From contig OZ024752.1 in the NCBI GenBank assembly GCA_964016885.1, positions 14,942,001 to 15,006,000 of the forward strand: a DNA stretch of 64,000 nucleotides. Direction: 5' to 3'. The DNA is from Eledone cirrhosa. Lineage: Eukaryota. The translations under genes were made by a program, and so were the position numbers. The notes beneath the pieces were generated by a model. The model searched no databases. It was not told the DNA's origin and saw only the letters and a list, made by a program, of their open reading frames with translations. Every line of letters starts with the position of its first letter. Position 1 is the first letter of the stretch. Below, in pieces: positions 29,095 to 44,346 of the stretch.

Positions 29095-30798
29095 AATGGA
29101 AAAATTTGAACAGGGACAAAACAGAGAGCCAGTACAAGGAATGTTTATTAATTTCACGCTCTGGAGAGTGGGGTGTTGGTGGGGGACGACGTTTCGGGCA
29201 TAAGCCCTTCCTCAGGTGAGAATTGTGAGGGAACAGAGTTAAAAGGGTGTGTAGGGGAGTGGTGGAGAGATATATAGCGAAAGAAAACGGTGCGAATGAA
29301 AAAAATAAAAATAAAAATAAAGCATGATCAAAATACAAGGAATGAAATAAATTTAAATATAAAAGCATGATCAAAATAAACTGAAATTAAAAGGGTGTGG
29401 GGTGTCTAGGAGTGGTGGCGGGTGTAGTGGGGAGAGGGAGACGGTGTGTCCGAGCGGGGAGGGCTGAAGGTGGTGTGTGTGTGTAGGTGTACGTGTGTGT
29501 GTGTGTGTGTATGTGAAAGTAAGGGTTGGGGGAAGAACGGGGTTGCATGTTCAGGAAGAGGTGTGTGTGGGCGGGGTTTGTGGGTCGGAGTGTCTGTGCG
29601 TGTGTGGTTAGAGGGGTGGGGGGGGGAGAGGAATCAGGAGGCTGAGGGTGTAAATATGTGGTGGAAAGCACGTGTGTGTGGGGTTTAAGCGTGTTGTGGG
29701 TGTAGGTGGCGTGTGGAGAAAAACATTTTTTGGGGGTGTGTGTGGGGGTGAGTTATATAGGTGATTACGCTAGAGGATGGTTGAATAGTTGGTAAAATCC
29801 AAAGGTGTTTAGTGGATTCTGTGGTGGTCAATTTCTACGTGCGAGTATTCCATGAAGCGTTGGTCGGAAGAGGAGAGATGTGGGGTGCGCGCGCAACAGG
29901 AAGTGGTCAAGCAGTGGGAGTGCTGTGTGTCTGTTTGTGCTGGGAGGTGGTCAGAGGGCATAGCAGCAGTCGGTGGAATGGTAAAAGGGCGAGGATGGGT
30001 AGGTGTGAAAGTTGGAGTGAGGAGGGTGTGTGTGTATGTATTACTAGAGGTGTTAGTGGGATGAGTGAGTGTGGAGCGAGGGTGTGGATGGAGCGGGGAG
30101 AGAAGGGTGTGTGTGGTTCTATGGAGGGAGTGTGGTGTACTGGTGTGTGTGTAGTTTGATGAAGGGGTGTTAGTGGGTGTTAGTATACGGGAGGTGGGGA
30201 GCGGTTGAATGCAGGTGTGAGTGGGGGTTAGTGGTGGTAGGATGAGTTGGTGGTGTACGAGGGTGTGTGGGTACGTGTGCGTGGGGTTGGGGGGTGTTAG
30301 TGATGTTAGTTGCGTGTGGGGTGGGTGGTGTAAGTGGGTGCGTGTGTTCGTGTGCTTGGGGTTAGTGGGTGTTAGTGAGGTTAGTTGCGGGGTGGTGGGA
30401 TGGAGGTGTGGGGGTGAGAGGTGGGGGCGTAAGGGTTAGTGGTGGTAGTAGGGTGTGTGTTTAGTGTGAGCGCGTGTATATATGTACCGGTGGGTGTGTG
30501 CGTGTGATAAAGAGAGGGAGGAGGAGAAGAAGGGAGGGATGTTAGTATGTTAGTTGGGGAAGGGTGGTCAGATGAGGGGTGGAGTTGAGGTGTTAGTATT
30601 GTTAGTTGTGGGGTGGGCGGTCAAAAGGAGTGGTGTATTAGTGGTGTTAGTGGGGGATAAGTGTGGGGGGAGGGGGGCGGTCGAAGGCTAAAGGAATAAG
30701 GGTGGGGATTTCAGGCCGGGGGGGAGTGTGGGTCTGTAAGATGAAGATAGTTCGTTGTTCGACCCTAAGGCGATTGGCGGGTGTTCCGTGGCACTGGA
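29095..30798 (-). mobile_element. 5'-truncated PLE (GIY-YIG C-terminal remnant plus long C/A-rich 3' region, hammerhead core at about 29185-29220)
   Basis: [26 protein letters not shown](G)L matches the PLE endonuclease end (EQ..IF.L.T..P.GLN). Minus strand CTGAGGA-AGGGC-TTAT-GCCC-GAAACGTC. Confidence 0.7.
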
Positions 30799-31016
30799 TA
30801 GATATATATATAGATATATATATAGATATATATATATATAGATATATATAGATATAGATATATATATATAGATATATATAGATATAGATATATATAGAGA
30901 TATATATAGATATAGATATATATATAGATATATATATATGTAGATATACATATAGATTATATATATATATATAAGAGGGTGTTAAAGTCTGCTTGAAGCA
31001 TTGTGAAATGTGTAAA

Positions 31017-33900
31017 ATACGTAGTTTAGAAAGCCACAACAATGCAGAGGGAAATCTCGAGGTAGGAAGTGAATGATAGATAGGAGAAATAGGATAAAGT
31101 GAAAATTGAGAGAGACAAAGATGAAAACAAAACAAATGTAGAAGGGTTACCGTAGGTGAGATTAATCCCAATATTTCGGGCTCACGCCCATCAACGGGGG
31201 AAAGTTCCAAAAGGGGGGGAACAGGCTAAGCGGAGAAAGTTGTGATGTCGTTAAAACAGGAATGCCGTTATGGGGAGAAAAAATTAGTTAAAATTTAAAT
31301 GAGGGAAAGAATGCGCGTGCGCGTGATAGGCTGTGGCAAAAGCTACTGACCAAATGGGTTAAATCAAGAGGGTGCGCTAGCGTGTGAAAGCCGTATAATA
31401 TGTGTGTGTAAATATATATGTGTGTGTAACTGTGTGTGTATATGTGTAAGTGTGTATATGTGTGAGTGTGTGTGTGTGTGTGAAAGATAGTGGGCTGTAG
31501 AAGCTGGAAATCAAAGAGTGTGAAAGGTGGTAGGTTGTAAAAACATGTGTGCGTGTATAAATATAGATGTGTGTGTGTATGCGTATGGGTATGCATATAC
31601 GTGCGTGTGTGTGAAAATAGCAGGCCGTAAGGGCTGTGAATGGTCACTATGGTTAAGTTAGCCATGTCAGCTCATTTCTCTCAGCCCGGTTGTTAAGTGG
31701 GGGTCTGAGGTTCTTAATAACAAGTGCTTCCTTTATCCTTAAGGATCCGATGCTGCGTTCAGTCGCTAGGACTGTGACCAAGGGTCTACCCTGTGGGTTT
31801 CCGCATTTAAGGATGTGTTTACGGAAGGAAGATGCGTTGGTGTTGATATGTTCCTTGATACGAATATCTGGCGCCCAACACCAGAAAGGACAACGGTTAT
31901 GCCTTCAGTCTTGATGTGGTCGCCCTTTATACCTCCGTACCAGCATCCCCAGCCGTCGACCTGTTGACCGAACGAGTCCGAGCATCTATCTTACACTGCT
32001 TCGGACTCACATACACGGACATCCACCAACTCCTCTCCTTCGTTGTGGATAATGCACTCTTCAATTTCCTCGGCCACACGTACAAACAATCTAGTCTGTC
32101 CGGCATACTTGCGATCTCGTACATGGACCACCTGGAACGCAAGGCACTCAATACCTGCCAACCCAACGCCGTCGCCTTCTACTCCAGATACGTTGATGAC
32201 ATCCTGATACTTACTTCTTCCCGGGAGATGGCGAATGAAATTCACCAAATCTTCAACGATACTGACCATCACGTCGATTTCACCATCGAACACCCAGGAG
32301 AAGACGGGTCACTCGCCCTCCTCGACTTCCGTATCAACATCTCGGAAGAAGGAGACATAAACACCACCTTCTACCGCAAAGCAGCGTGCAAGGACTTATT
32401 TGTGCATTACAACTCAGCCCTCCCCAACAACGCTAAGAGAGGCTATGTCCTAAATGAACTGACACGGATCACTAACAGATGCAGCGACCCGATGGGTTGT
32501 CTCACCCATACCACGCAATTCCGTAATCTACTCAGGTATAATGGATATCCCAAGCGACTGATTAACGAAATTAGAGACCCCAGACCCAATAGACAGACAC
32601 CCACTAGAAACTTAAATAAAAGCAGGTGCTTCTTTAAAATCCCCCAGCTGAGTGAATATACCACGAACGCCATCCGCAGGGCCATACGGACGGAGGGACT
32701 GGACATACATTTGGCCCACACAGGACCTTCGCTGCGAAGATGCCTCTCCAACAAACCCGACGAGCCAGATGGGACGTGTTCCCTCAGCAACTGCCCGATA
32801 CGGGGGGCAGATTGCCTACGCACCTATGTCGTATATAAGATTCAATGCGATAAATGTAACAAGTTTTACATAGGTAGCACCATCCGACCCCTACATGTTC
32901 GTATCAAGGAACATATCAACACCAACGCATCTTCCTTCCGTAAACACATCCTTAAATGCGGAAACCCACAGGGTAGACCCTTGGTCACAGTCCTAGCGAC
33001 TGAACGCAGCATCGGATCCTTAAGGATAAAGGAAGCACTTGTTATTAAGAACCTCAGACCCCCACTTAACAACCGGGCTGAGAGAAATGAGCTGACATGG
33101 CTAACTTAACCATAGTGACCATTCACAGCCCTTACGGCCTGCTATTTTCACACACACGCACGTATATGCATACCCATACGCATACACACACACATCTATA
33201 TTTATACACGCACACATGTTTTTACAACCTACCACCTTTCACACCCTTTGATTTCCAGCTTCTACAGCCCACTATCTTTCACACACACACGCACTCACAC
33301 ATATACACACACAGTTACACACACATGTATACCCATACGCTTACACACACACATCTATATTTATACACACACACATGTTTTACAACCTACCACCTTTCAC
33401 ACCCTTTGATTTCCAGCTTCTACAGCCCACTATCTTTCAAACACACACACACTCACACATATACACACTTACACATATACACACACAGTTACACACACAT
33501 ATATATTTACACACACATATTTTACTGCTTTCACACGCTAGCGCACCCTCTTGATTTAACCCATTTGGTCAGTAGCTTTTGCCACAGCCTATCACGCGCA
33601 CGCGCATTCTTTCCCTCATTTAAGTTTTAAATAATTTTTTCTCCCCATAACGGCATTCCTGTTTTAACGACATCACAACTTTCTCTGCTTAGCCTGTTCC
33701 CCCCCCTTTTGGAACTTTCCCCCGTTGATGGGCGTGAGTCTGAAATATTGGGATTAAATCTCCACTACGGTAACCCTTCTACATTTGTTTTGTTTTCATC
33801 TTTGTCTCTCTCAATTTTCACTTTATCCTATTTCTCCTATCTATCATTCACTTCCTACCTCGAGATTTCCCTCTGCATTGTTGTGGCTTTCTAAACTACG

Positions 33901-33903
<3 letters not shown>
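31017..33903 (+). mobile_element. 5'-truncated Penelope-like element with inverted 3' copy (31017-31864)
   Basis: 31017-31864 is the reverse complement of about 32897-33903 (one internal repeat indel). Ends at (TA)n. Confidence 0.93.
31916..33109 (+). CDS. PLE reverse transcriptase (partial) plus GIY-YIG endonuclease
   Basis: DVVALYTSVP, YSRYVDDIL, LALLDF, YRK, Cys linker CSLSNCP..C, VVYKIQCDKCNKFYIGSTIRPLHVRIKEH and EALVIK..RPPLN. The GLPMG motif is deleted, so probably non-functional. Confidence 0.88.
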   Translation: MVALYTSVPASPAVDLLTERVRASILHCFGLTYTDIHQLLSFVVDNALFNFLGHTYKQSSLSGILAISYMDHLERKALNTCQPNAVAFYSRYVDDILILTSSREMANEIHQIFNDTDHHVDFTIEHPGEDGSLALLDFRINISEEGDINTTFYRKAACKDLFVHYNSALPNNAKRGYVLNELTRITNRCSDPMGCLTHTTQFRNLLRYNGYPKRLINEIRDPRPNRQTPTRNLNKSRCFFKIPQLSEYTTNAIRRAIRTEGLDIHLAHTGPSLRRCLSNKPDEPDGTCSLSNCPIRGADCLRTYVVYKIQCDKCNKFYIGSTIRPLHVRIKEHINTNASSFRKHILKCGNPQGRPLVTVLATERSIGSLRIKEALVIKNLRPPLNNRAERNELTWLT

Positions 33904-33963
<60 letters not shown>

Positions 33964-34140
33964 TAGATAGATATAGATAGGTAAATATACACGGGTGTGT
34001 ATGATTGTGTATAGAAGATTATATTAATAAGAGGAATTCCAACTTTGTCTGATTTACTCGTTTTATTTACAATCCTTTAAAATATATATAATGGTATTAT
34101 AATGAAATAGTATGATAGAATATAAATTCTAAGTGTTAAT

Positions 34141-34179
34141 TGAACAAGTACTTTCATGCTTTCGCAATCTTCAGGTTCA
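34141..34179 (-). ncRNA. Minimal type-I hammerhead ribozyme
   Basis: ugaac CUGAAGA u-ugc-gaaa-gca-u GAAAGUACUU guuca, with a palindromic AGUACU stem III. Confidence 0.82.
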
Positions 34180-34562
34180 TGATATGTGGTGACAGTCGAG
34201 TTTGCAAATTTCAACTGTAATGAGATGGGTAAATTTCCTACCTTTTATACATTTTATACAGAGAAAAGTGGCTCCAGAATGCAAAGCCCTGTAAACTGTA
34301 TTTCGACCAATCAGTGTGTAGTTTCACTGAATTACTACAGCTGATTGGTTTAAGCGTCACGGCTGGTTGAGCATGCTAACGACCAATAGTCATACCCAAC
34401 GTATCAATTGTTTTGCTTTTTGAAATGATGAAAATAGCATTTTCTATTAATCATCACCATCAACATCACTTTTATTATTATTATTATTGTTGTTGTTGTT
34501 GTTGTTGTTGTTGTTAGTGGTCGTGGTCATAGTGGTAGTAGAAGTAATACCCCTAGGCGCTA

Positions 34563-36772
34563 TTATTGTTCATTTAGCTTGGGTATGAATTTATCAATAA
34601 AATTCTTTTCTTTGATTTTTCTCTTGATTTCACTTGGGTTGTGTAATTTGTAGAATGGCAATATTATAAATATTCCCTGACCACATGTTGCCAGGTGGCC
34701 GCTTAGGGGTATCTGACGGACATTTGGGTCTCTGATTTGTTGACGGTGTACCCGTGCACGTTCCGATGGTGCATTTCCAGTTTGACCGACATATAGTTCT
34801 TCACAATTCGGGCATTTAATGCAGTAAATTAGATTTCTGCTTTTGCAGTTCATATTTGCATTTGGGAATATTTTTCCAGTTTTTGTTTTCATATATTGAC
34901 CGGCGTGTATGGATTGACATGTGCCGCATCTATTATCATTGCATTTAGATACAGTGAATGATTGGTCTTTGTTGTTAAGGTCAAACTTTGCTTTTGTTAG
35001 CAATTGCTTCAAATTTTTTGGCTGTCTTTTACTAAGAGTCAAAGATCGATCTGTGATTAAGCCTTTTAATTCATTACTTTGAGCAATGATCGGTAGGTTT
35101 GCTTTGGCAGTGTTGAAAATATTCTGGTGACATGGGTTGTGTGTCATTATAAATGGTATGACCAGTTCTTGGTTTCTTCTTCCTTGGGTTGTTCTAAGTT
35201 GTTGTATAGGTATTTTTATAGCCCGCTGTATGCCATTTTCTATAAGTAGTGATGGGTATTTTTGTTTGAGCAAAAATTCTCTTAGTTCTGTTAGGCGTTT
35301 GTACCTGGTATTCGTATCTTCTACAATGGTACAAATTCTTCTGGCTAGGCAGTATGGGATGTTGCGTTTTGTATGAGGTGGATGGCACGACTTAAAATTC
35401 AGATATTGTTGGGTGTCTGTGTGTTTATAATATATATCCGTGTTAATGGTGGTGTCGTTTTTGATTATCATTATATCTAGGAATGGTAATTTGGTCCTAC
35501 TCATCTCTTTTGTGAATTGGAGAGATGGGTGTAGGTTATTCAGGAGGATATTGAACTCATCCAGAGTATCTAGAGATTCTGTCCAGATGATGAAACAGTC
35601 GTCAAGGTATCTCTTCCAAGATTTTTCAATGCACTTTCTAAAGTCAGTACTATATTTTTCCTCTATTTCTTGGTAGAGTTGTTGTTCTAAGTATCCCATT
35701 ACAGAGTTCGCGTAAACGGGAGCAAACTTCGTTCCCATCGCTGTGCCTCTAATTTGGATGTAATTCTTTCCATTGAAGAAGAAAGTGTTGTTTTCCAGAA
35801 TAAGTTTAACTGCGTCTAATATAAATGGCGCTGTGAATCTAATGGGAATCACTTCTCTATGTTTTTCCACCCAGTATTTAACCGCCTTTATTCCTAAATC
35901 ATGTGTAATGTTGGTGTAAAGGCTTACCACATCAAAACTGAGTAGAAGTGAATTCGTTTCCGTGGTTTTGGGAAGATGGGACAGGAAGTCGATATCATCC
36001 CGGATGAAACTGGGTATGTGAATACATAGTGGTTTCAAAATAATGTCAACAAAATTGCTTAGACGGTGAGTGGGGCATGTTGGACCAGCTATAATAGGTC
36101 TAAGTTTTAAGTCTTTTGGGTGTAATAATTTAATGTACTCACTGTTTTGTTCTCTTACTGCCAGTTGTATTTCTTTTGACTTGTGAACTTTCGGTAGGCC
36201 ATACAGGTTGCTGGGTTTCGGCTCAAAATTGGTGATGTAGTCTCTTTCCTTATCAGTAAATGAGTTGTGGTATTTTGAAGCCAGGTTGTTGATCTTCTTC
36301 ATGATGTTGTGGTCTATATTTGACGGTATTTCATGATAGAATGTTGTGTCTTTCAGTTGTTCCTCAACCAAATCCTTGTAGCATTCAGTATCCATTATAA
36401 CAACTGCACCTCCTTTATCTGCTTGTTTAATTATTATTGTTTTATCATTTTGTATACGTTTAAGTGCAGACATTTCTGATTTGTTAATGTTTGGCCTAAC
36501 ATTAGTATTATGTCTGAGAGGAAATTTAGATAGGATGTCAATGTATTGGTCGAGATAGATATTTCTTCCTTTTGGCGGAGTGAAATTTGATTTATTCTTT
36601 ACTAGTGATTCATCACTCTCATTATTTTTATCAGCGAAGAATTCTACAAGACGTAATTTTCGACAGAATACTTGGGTATCCTCCTTCAGTTCTTGGTGGT
36701 TGACTGTTGGAGTCTGTGTGAATTTCAGTCCTTTTGACAGAATTTGCATTTCATCATTGTCAAGATCTCTTT
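34563..36772 (-). CDS. PLE RT plus Cys-rich linker plus GIY-YIG ORF (about 735 aa, N-terminus lost at inversion junction)
   Basis: LSKGLKF, ADKGGAVV, YGLPKVHK, LRPII, FDVVSLYTNI, GTAMGT, WKRYLDD, LPFLD, KCNDNRCGTC and NLIYCIKCPNCEELYVGQTG. The first ~34 aa of the listed 771-aa ORF are antisense read-in from the inverted arm. Confidence 0.92.
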
Positions 36773-37834
36773 TAGAAAATGGCATACAGCGGGCTATAAA
36801 AATACCTATACAACAACTTAGAACAACCCAAGGAAGAAGAAACCAAGAACTGGTCATACCATTTATAAAGACACACAACCCATGTCACCAGAATATCTTC
36901 AACACTGCCAAAGCAAACCTACCGATCATTGCTCAAAGTAATGAATTAAAAGGCTTAATCACAGATCGATCTTTGACTCTTAGTAAAAGACAGCCAAAAA
37001 ATTTGAAGCAATTGCTAACAAAAGCAAAGTTTGACCTTAACAACAAAGACCAATCATTCACTGTATCTAAATGCAATGATAATAGATGCGGCACATGTCA
37101 ATCCATACACGCCGGTCAATATATGAAAACAAAAACTGAAAAAATATTCCCAAATGCAAATATGAACTGCAAAAGCAGAAATCTAATTTACTGCATTAAA
37201 TGCCCGAATTGTGAAGAACTATATGTCGGTCAAACTGGAAATGCACCATCGGACGTGCACGGGTACACCGTCAACAAATCAGAGACCCAAATGTCCGTCA
37301 GATACCCCTAAGCGGCCACCTGGCAACATGTGGTCAGGGAATATCTATAATATTCCCATTCTACAAATTACACAGCCCAAGTGAAATCAAGAGAAAAATC
37401 AAAGAAAAGAATTTTATTGATAAATTCATACCCAAGCTAAATGAACAATAATAACGCCTAGGGGTATTACTTCTACTACCACTATGACCACGACCACTAA
37501 CAACAACAACAACAACAACAACAACAATAATAATAATAATAAAAGTGATGTTGATGGTGATGATTAATAGAAAATGCTATTTTCATCATTTCAAAAAGCA
37601 AAACAATTGATACGTTGGGTATGACTATTGGTCGTTAGTATGCTCAACCAGCCGTGACGCTTAAACCAATCAGCTGTAGTAATTCAGTGAAACTACACAC
37701 TGATTGGTCGAAATACAGTTTACAGGGCTTTGCATTCTGGAGCCACTTTTCTCTGTATAAAATGTATAAAAGGTAGGAAATTTACCCATCTCATTACAGT
37801 TGAAATTTGCAAACTCGACTGTCACCACATATCA

Positions 37835-37873
37835 TGAACCTGAAGATTGCGAAAGCATGAAAGTACTTGTTGA
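37835..37873 (+). ncRNA. Hammerhead, inverted-arm copy (one stem I mismatch)
   Basis: tgaacCTGAAGAttgcgaaagcatGAAAgtacttgttga. Confidence 0.75.
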
Positions 37874-38037
37874 ATTAACATTTAGAATTTAATATTCTAT
37901 CATACTATTTCATTATAATACCATTATATATATTTTAAAGGATTGTAAATAAAACGAGTAAATCAGACAAAGTTGGAATTCCTCTTATTAATATAATCTT
38001 CTATACACAATCATACACACACATGTATATTTACCTA

Positions 38038-38096
<59 letters not shown>

Positions 38097-38259
38097 TCTA
38101 TATATATATATATAATCTATATGTATATCTACATATTTATATATGTATATATATATCTATATCTATATATATCTATATATATATCTATATCTATATATAT
38201 CTATATATATATATCTATATCTATATATATCTATATCTATATATATCTATATATATATA

Positions 38260-38764
38260 TCCAGTGCCACGGAACACCCGCCAATCGCCTTAGGGTCGAA
38301 CAACGAACTATCTTCATCTTACAGACCCACACTCCCCCCCGTCCTGAAATCCCCACCCTTATTCCTTTAGCCTTCGACCGCCCCCCTCCCCCCACACTTA
38401 TCCCCCACTAACACCACTAACACACCCCTCCTTTTCACCGCCCACCCCACAACTGACAATACTAACACCTCCACTCCACCCCTCATCTGACCACCCTTCC
38501 CCAACTAACATACTAACATCCCTCCCTTCTTCTCCTCCTCCCCCTCTTTATCACACGCACACACCCACCGGCACATATATACACGCGCTCACACTAAACA
38601 CACACCCTACCACCACTAACCCTCACCACCACACCTCTCACCCCCACACCTCCATCCTACCACCCCGCAACTAACATCACTAACACCCCCAACCCCACGC
38701 GCACGTACCCACACACCCTCGTACACCACCAACTCTACACATCCTACCACCACTAACCCCCACT
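38260..38764 (+). mobile_element. Inverted partial copy of PLE remnant 30219-30798
   Basis: Starts at the same base (ccagtgccacggaacacccg) as the minus-strand copy ending at 30798. Confidence 0.85.
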
Positions 38765-38849
38765 CTTTCTTTCTTTCTTTCCTTCTTTCTTTCTTTCTTT
38801 CTTTCTGTTTACAATTTTTCACTGCCAAATCAACTTTTTCAAATACAAA

Positions 38850-39100
38850 GTCGATGTTGAACGGTATGTCAAATCTATTTATCTATAAAACTGTCTATAT
38901 TGTATTTTGTCTGAAGAAGGCATAATATATTGTTAATATGATATCCCTGAAATATATATAATGAAATAAATATGGTTTTATAAATATAGTTTCCACTTAT
39001 TTAATATCGTAAATATACTCCAAATACTTGTTGAGTGCTTTTATATCAGTTATAAATATTTACTAGTTGTAACCCAACAATTTAAATATAACTTTCCATG
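38850..39100 (+). mobile_element. PLE-type terminal repeat fragment (family B) with hammerhead (CUGAAGA)
   Basis: Homolog of 14265-14521. Core at 38911-38917, GAAA at 38949-38952. Confidence 0.75.
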
Positions 39101-39272
39101 TATCTATTTATATATATTGTTATACTTTGGGAGGGTCATGTTGCCAATAAGAAACACACGCACCAGTTGCTTTCACTTCAATTTAATTTATTAAATATTT
39201 ATAAATTTACAAATTTATAAATTTCTGGTTGGTTGGTTGGTTCCACAACCAGATAGTTGTTTATATATATAT

Positions 39273-39317
39273 AGTCATAGTTCTTTCGTCACACACTCTG
39301 TGACCTCTTCAGTGACT
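39273..39317 (-). ncRNA. Type-I hammerhead ribozyme
   Basis: Reverse complement of 40203-40247. Confidence 0.8.
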
Positions 39318-40202
39318 GGGGATTTCTTTCTTCGTTTCTGTGCCTTTCCTTTCTTCTATCCTACGCCATTTTGTTTGTGTGTGGGTTGCGTGCCCAGTTT
39401 GCGCATGCGCCACATCCGGGTGTCTGTGTGTGTTTGTGTTCATTTTTCTATTTTTCTATTTATATTTTTTATTTGTTTGTTTATTTATTTATTTATTGTT
39501 GGTTGGTTGTTTGTTCTATGTGTGTGTGTGTTTTCATTTTGTGTGTGTTTTCAATTGTAAGTTGTTTGTTCGATGTGTGTGTGTGTTTTCATTTTGTCCT
39601 TAATTGTAAGTTGTGATGTTGCTGTTCCACTCATATTTTCTATTTAATTTTGGTTTTAATTCTTTTATGCTTACTGCCTCTGTAATTTGCCTAAACATTG
39701 CGTCTTTCTTGTGTGTGGATTCTATTTTTATTTAAAAAAAAAAAAAATAGAATCCACACACAAAAAAAAAAAAAAATAAATAAAAATAAAAAAAATAGAA
39801 TCCACACACAAGAAAGACGCAATGTTTAGGCAAATTACAGAGGCAGTAAGCATAAAAGAATTAAAACCAAAATTAAATAGAAAATATGAGTGGAACAGCA
39901 ACATCACAACTTACAATTAAGGACAAAATGAAAACACACACACACATCGAACAAACAACTTACAATTGAAAACACACACAAAATGAAAACACACACACAC
40001 ATAGAACAAACAACCAACCAACAATAAATAAATAAATAAACAAACAAATAAAAAATATAAATAGAAAAATAGAAAAATGAACACAAACACACACATACAC
40101 CCGGATGTGGCGCATGCGCAAACTGAGCACGCAACCCACACACAAACAAAATGGCGTAGGATAGAAGAAAGGAAAGGCACAGAAACGAAGAAAGAAATCC
40201 CC

Positions 40203-40247
40203 AGTCACTGAAGAGGTCACAGAGTGTGTGACGAAAGAACTATGACT
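40203..40247 (+). ncRNA. Type-I hammerhead ribozyme
   Basis: agtca CTGAAGA g-gtcaca-gagtg-tgtgac GAAAgaacta tgact, CUA triplet. Confidence 0.8.
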
Positions 40248-40505
40248 ATATATATATATAAACAACTATCTGGTTGTGGAACCAACCAACCAACCAGAAA
40301 TTTATAAATTTGTAAATTTATAAATATTTAATAAATTAAATTGAAGTGAAAGCAACTGGTGCGTGTGTTTCTTATTGGCAACATGACCCTCCCAAAGTAT
40401 AACAATATCGGTTTCAACACACGATTTCAGATAAAGAATCTTGCTAAACAAATTCAGAAACGAAATATTTATATATATATATATATCTATTTATATATAT
40501 ATATA

Positions 40506-40595
<90 letters not shown>

Positions 40596-40639
40596 TATAT
40601 ATCTATATATATATATATATATATAAAATATATATATAT

Positions 40640-40722
<83 letters not shown>

Positions 40723-40777
40723 TATATATATATATATATAAATAGATATATATATATATATATAAATAGATATATAT

Positions 40778-40826
<49 letters not shown>

Positions 40827-40827
40827 T

Positions 40828-41006
<179 letters not shown>

Positions 41007-41029
41007 TATATATATATATATAAATAGAT

Positions 41030-41886
41030 ATGTTTCTTTTATTTGCCACCAGGGCATCAAAAGTGGGACAAGTACAATGGGGGGAGTTTACAAAACAAGG
41101 CGTCCTCAATAAGGAGGAGGCAATAACAATATATAAAAATAAAATAAAATATGACAAAAAATAAAATTTATAACAAAGTCCTCAATAGAGAGGAGGCGCC
41201 TTGGGGGGTCGCACACACTCCCGAAAAAAGTGTGCAACCCTTCTCCTCAGGAGCACAGAGATGGGGTGCTCCCTTGGTCTTTCATCTTCCTCACCTATAG
41301 TCTGATGTAGAGTGAAGGCCCATTCACACGGGCCACTCTCGCCACTTTCACCCATCTTTCATAGAAACGGCTGGGGTGCAGCACCTCTCTCTCCATCCTG
41401 ATCCTTCTTCCGAAATGATATCGAAAGAAACGGACCAGTTGTTGGCCAGAGAGAAAGGTGTCTGACCTCAGTCCTTTCAGACGCGTCCACCATACAACCT
41501 CTTTCGCCATGGCTATTACGCACAGAAACACCGCCTCTCCTTCGTTTTTGAAGAGGGGAGGCGGCTTGATCGTTACAATAGACTCGATCGTCAACCGGAT
41601 CGGTCCCACCCTTGACAGCAGTTGTTCGACATAGCCCCACAGATCGGCAATGCCCGAGCAGTGTACCAATGCGTGTGGAACGGTTTCCTCGTCGCACACG
41701 CATCTGGGACAGACCTTTTTCGATGGGTCCCTACCCGGGCGCCCGTGACTGTAGAGCCTTTCTCGAACGGGCAGAGCCCTTCTGTAGCATTGCCAGGCCA
41801 GGGACCTCTGGAAGTTATCCATGGTTCCCGGGCTGAATGTCCTACCGAAGAGGTTGGCTAGTTCGTCGTCCTCCATGCCTAGGGCA
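41030..41886 (-). mobile_element. 5'-truncated L1/Tx1-like LINE 3' end
   Basis: [15 protein letters not shown]...[18 protein letters not shown] (zf-RVT/CCHC domain), followed by a 3'UTR. Embedded in (TA)n. Confidence 0.85.
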
Positions 41887-43008
<1,122 letters not shown>

Positions 43009-43012
43009 GATA

Positions 43013-43152
<140 letters not shown>

Positions 43153-43165
43153 AATAGATAGATAT

Positions 43166-43213
<48 letters not shown>

Positions 43214-43230
43214 TGATATATATATATATA

Positions 43231-43582
<352 letters not shown>

Positions 43583-43651
43583 TATATATATATATATATA
43601 TATAGATATATCAATATATATAGATATATCAATATATATATATATATATCA

Positions 43652-43721
<70 letters not shown>

Positions 43722-43984
43722 CACAGAGAGATGTGTTTAAAAAATCATTACATGTGAGTTTAACCGTTACTGTATGGAGAACAACACCTATAGATTTGCA
43801 ATTAAATAGAACAAAATCTAAGTCAGAATCAAATCTCTGAAGTTGAGTTTTAAATTACTAACCTTATAACTATAATCTTGCTGATACGAATTTAGTTCGT
43901 TTACTGTAACGCTTAACCTCACATGTATTAATTGTTTACACACATCTCACTGTGTAACACATTTCTCTCTGTCTAATATAATTG

Positions 43985-44016
<32 letters not shown>

Positions 44017-44124
44017 GGAAAATGTAAGAGCCCGACGACAGAGCTCAAACCGTTTGAAAGAGCTTGAGCTCTGCCGTCGGGGTCTTACATTTTCCCGTTA
44101 CCCACTCTACAACCCTAAGTATAT

Positions 44125-44182
<58 letters not shown>

Positions 44183-44229
44183 AAGATCGGAATTAAAGTA
44201 TTCCGCAGTTTGCTCAAACTTAAATCTGT

Positions 44230-44346
<117 letters not shown>

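Larger units (their letters stand above)
33975..38040 (-). mobile_element. Near-full-length Neptune-like PLE with 1.27-kb inverted 3' copy (36773-38040)
   Basis: 33975-35242 is reverse complementary to 36773-38040 with few mismatches. (TA)n on both sides. Confidence 0.95.
39114..40465. mobile_element. Palindromic, heavily 5'-truncated PLE (arms about 39114-39735 and 39790-40408)
   Basis: Near-perfect ~620-bp inverted repeat. The inner end encodes IESTHKKDAMFRQITEAVSIKELKPKLNRKYEW (GIY-YIG C-terminus). The right arm runs on into a putative ORF start [27 protein letters not shown]. Confidence 0.88.

Noticed and set aside
36773-36878. Hydrophobic signal-peptide-like N-terminus of the 771-aa ORF
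   Set aside because: It is antisense read-through of the inverted arm (identical to the frame of ORF 35137-35376), not part of the PLE protein.
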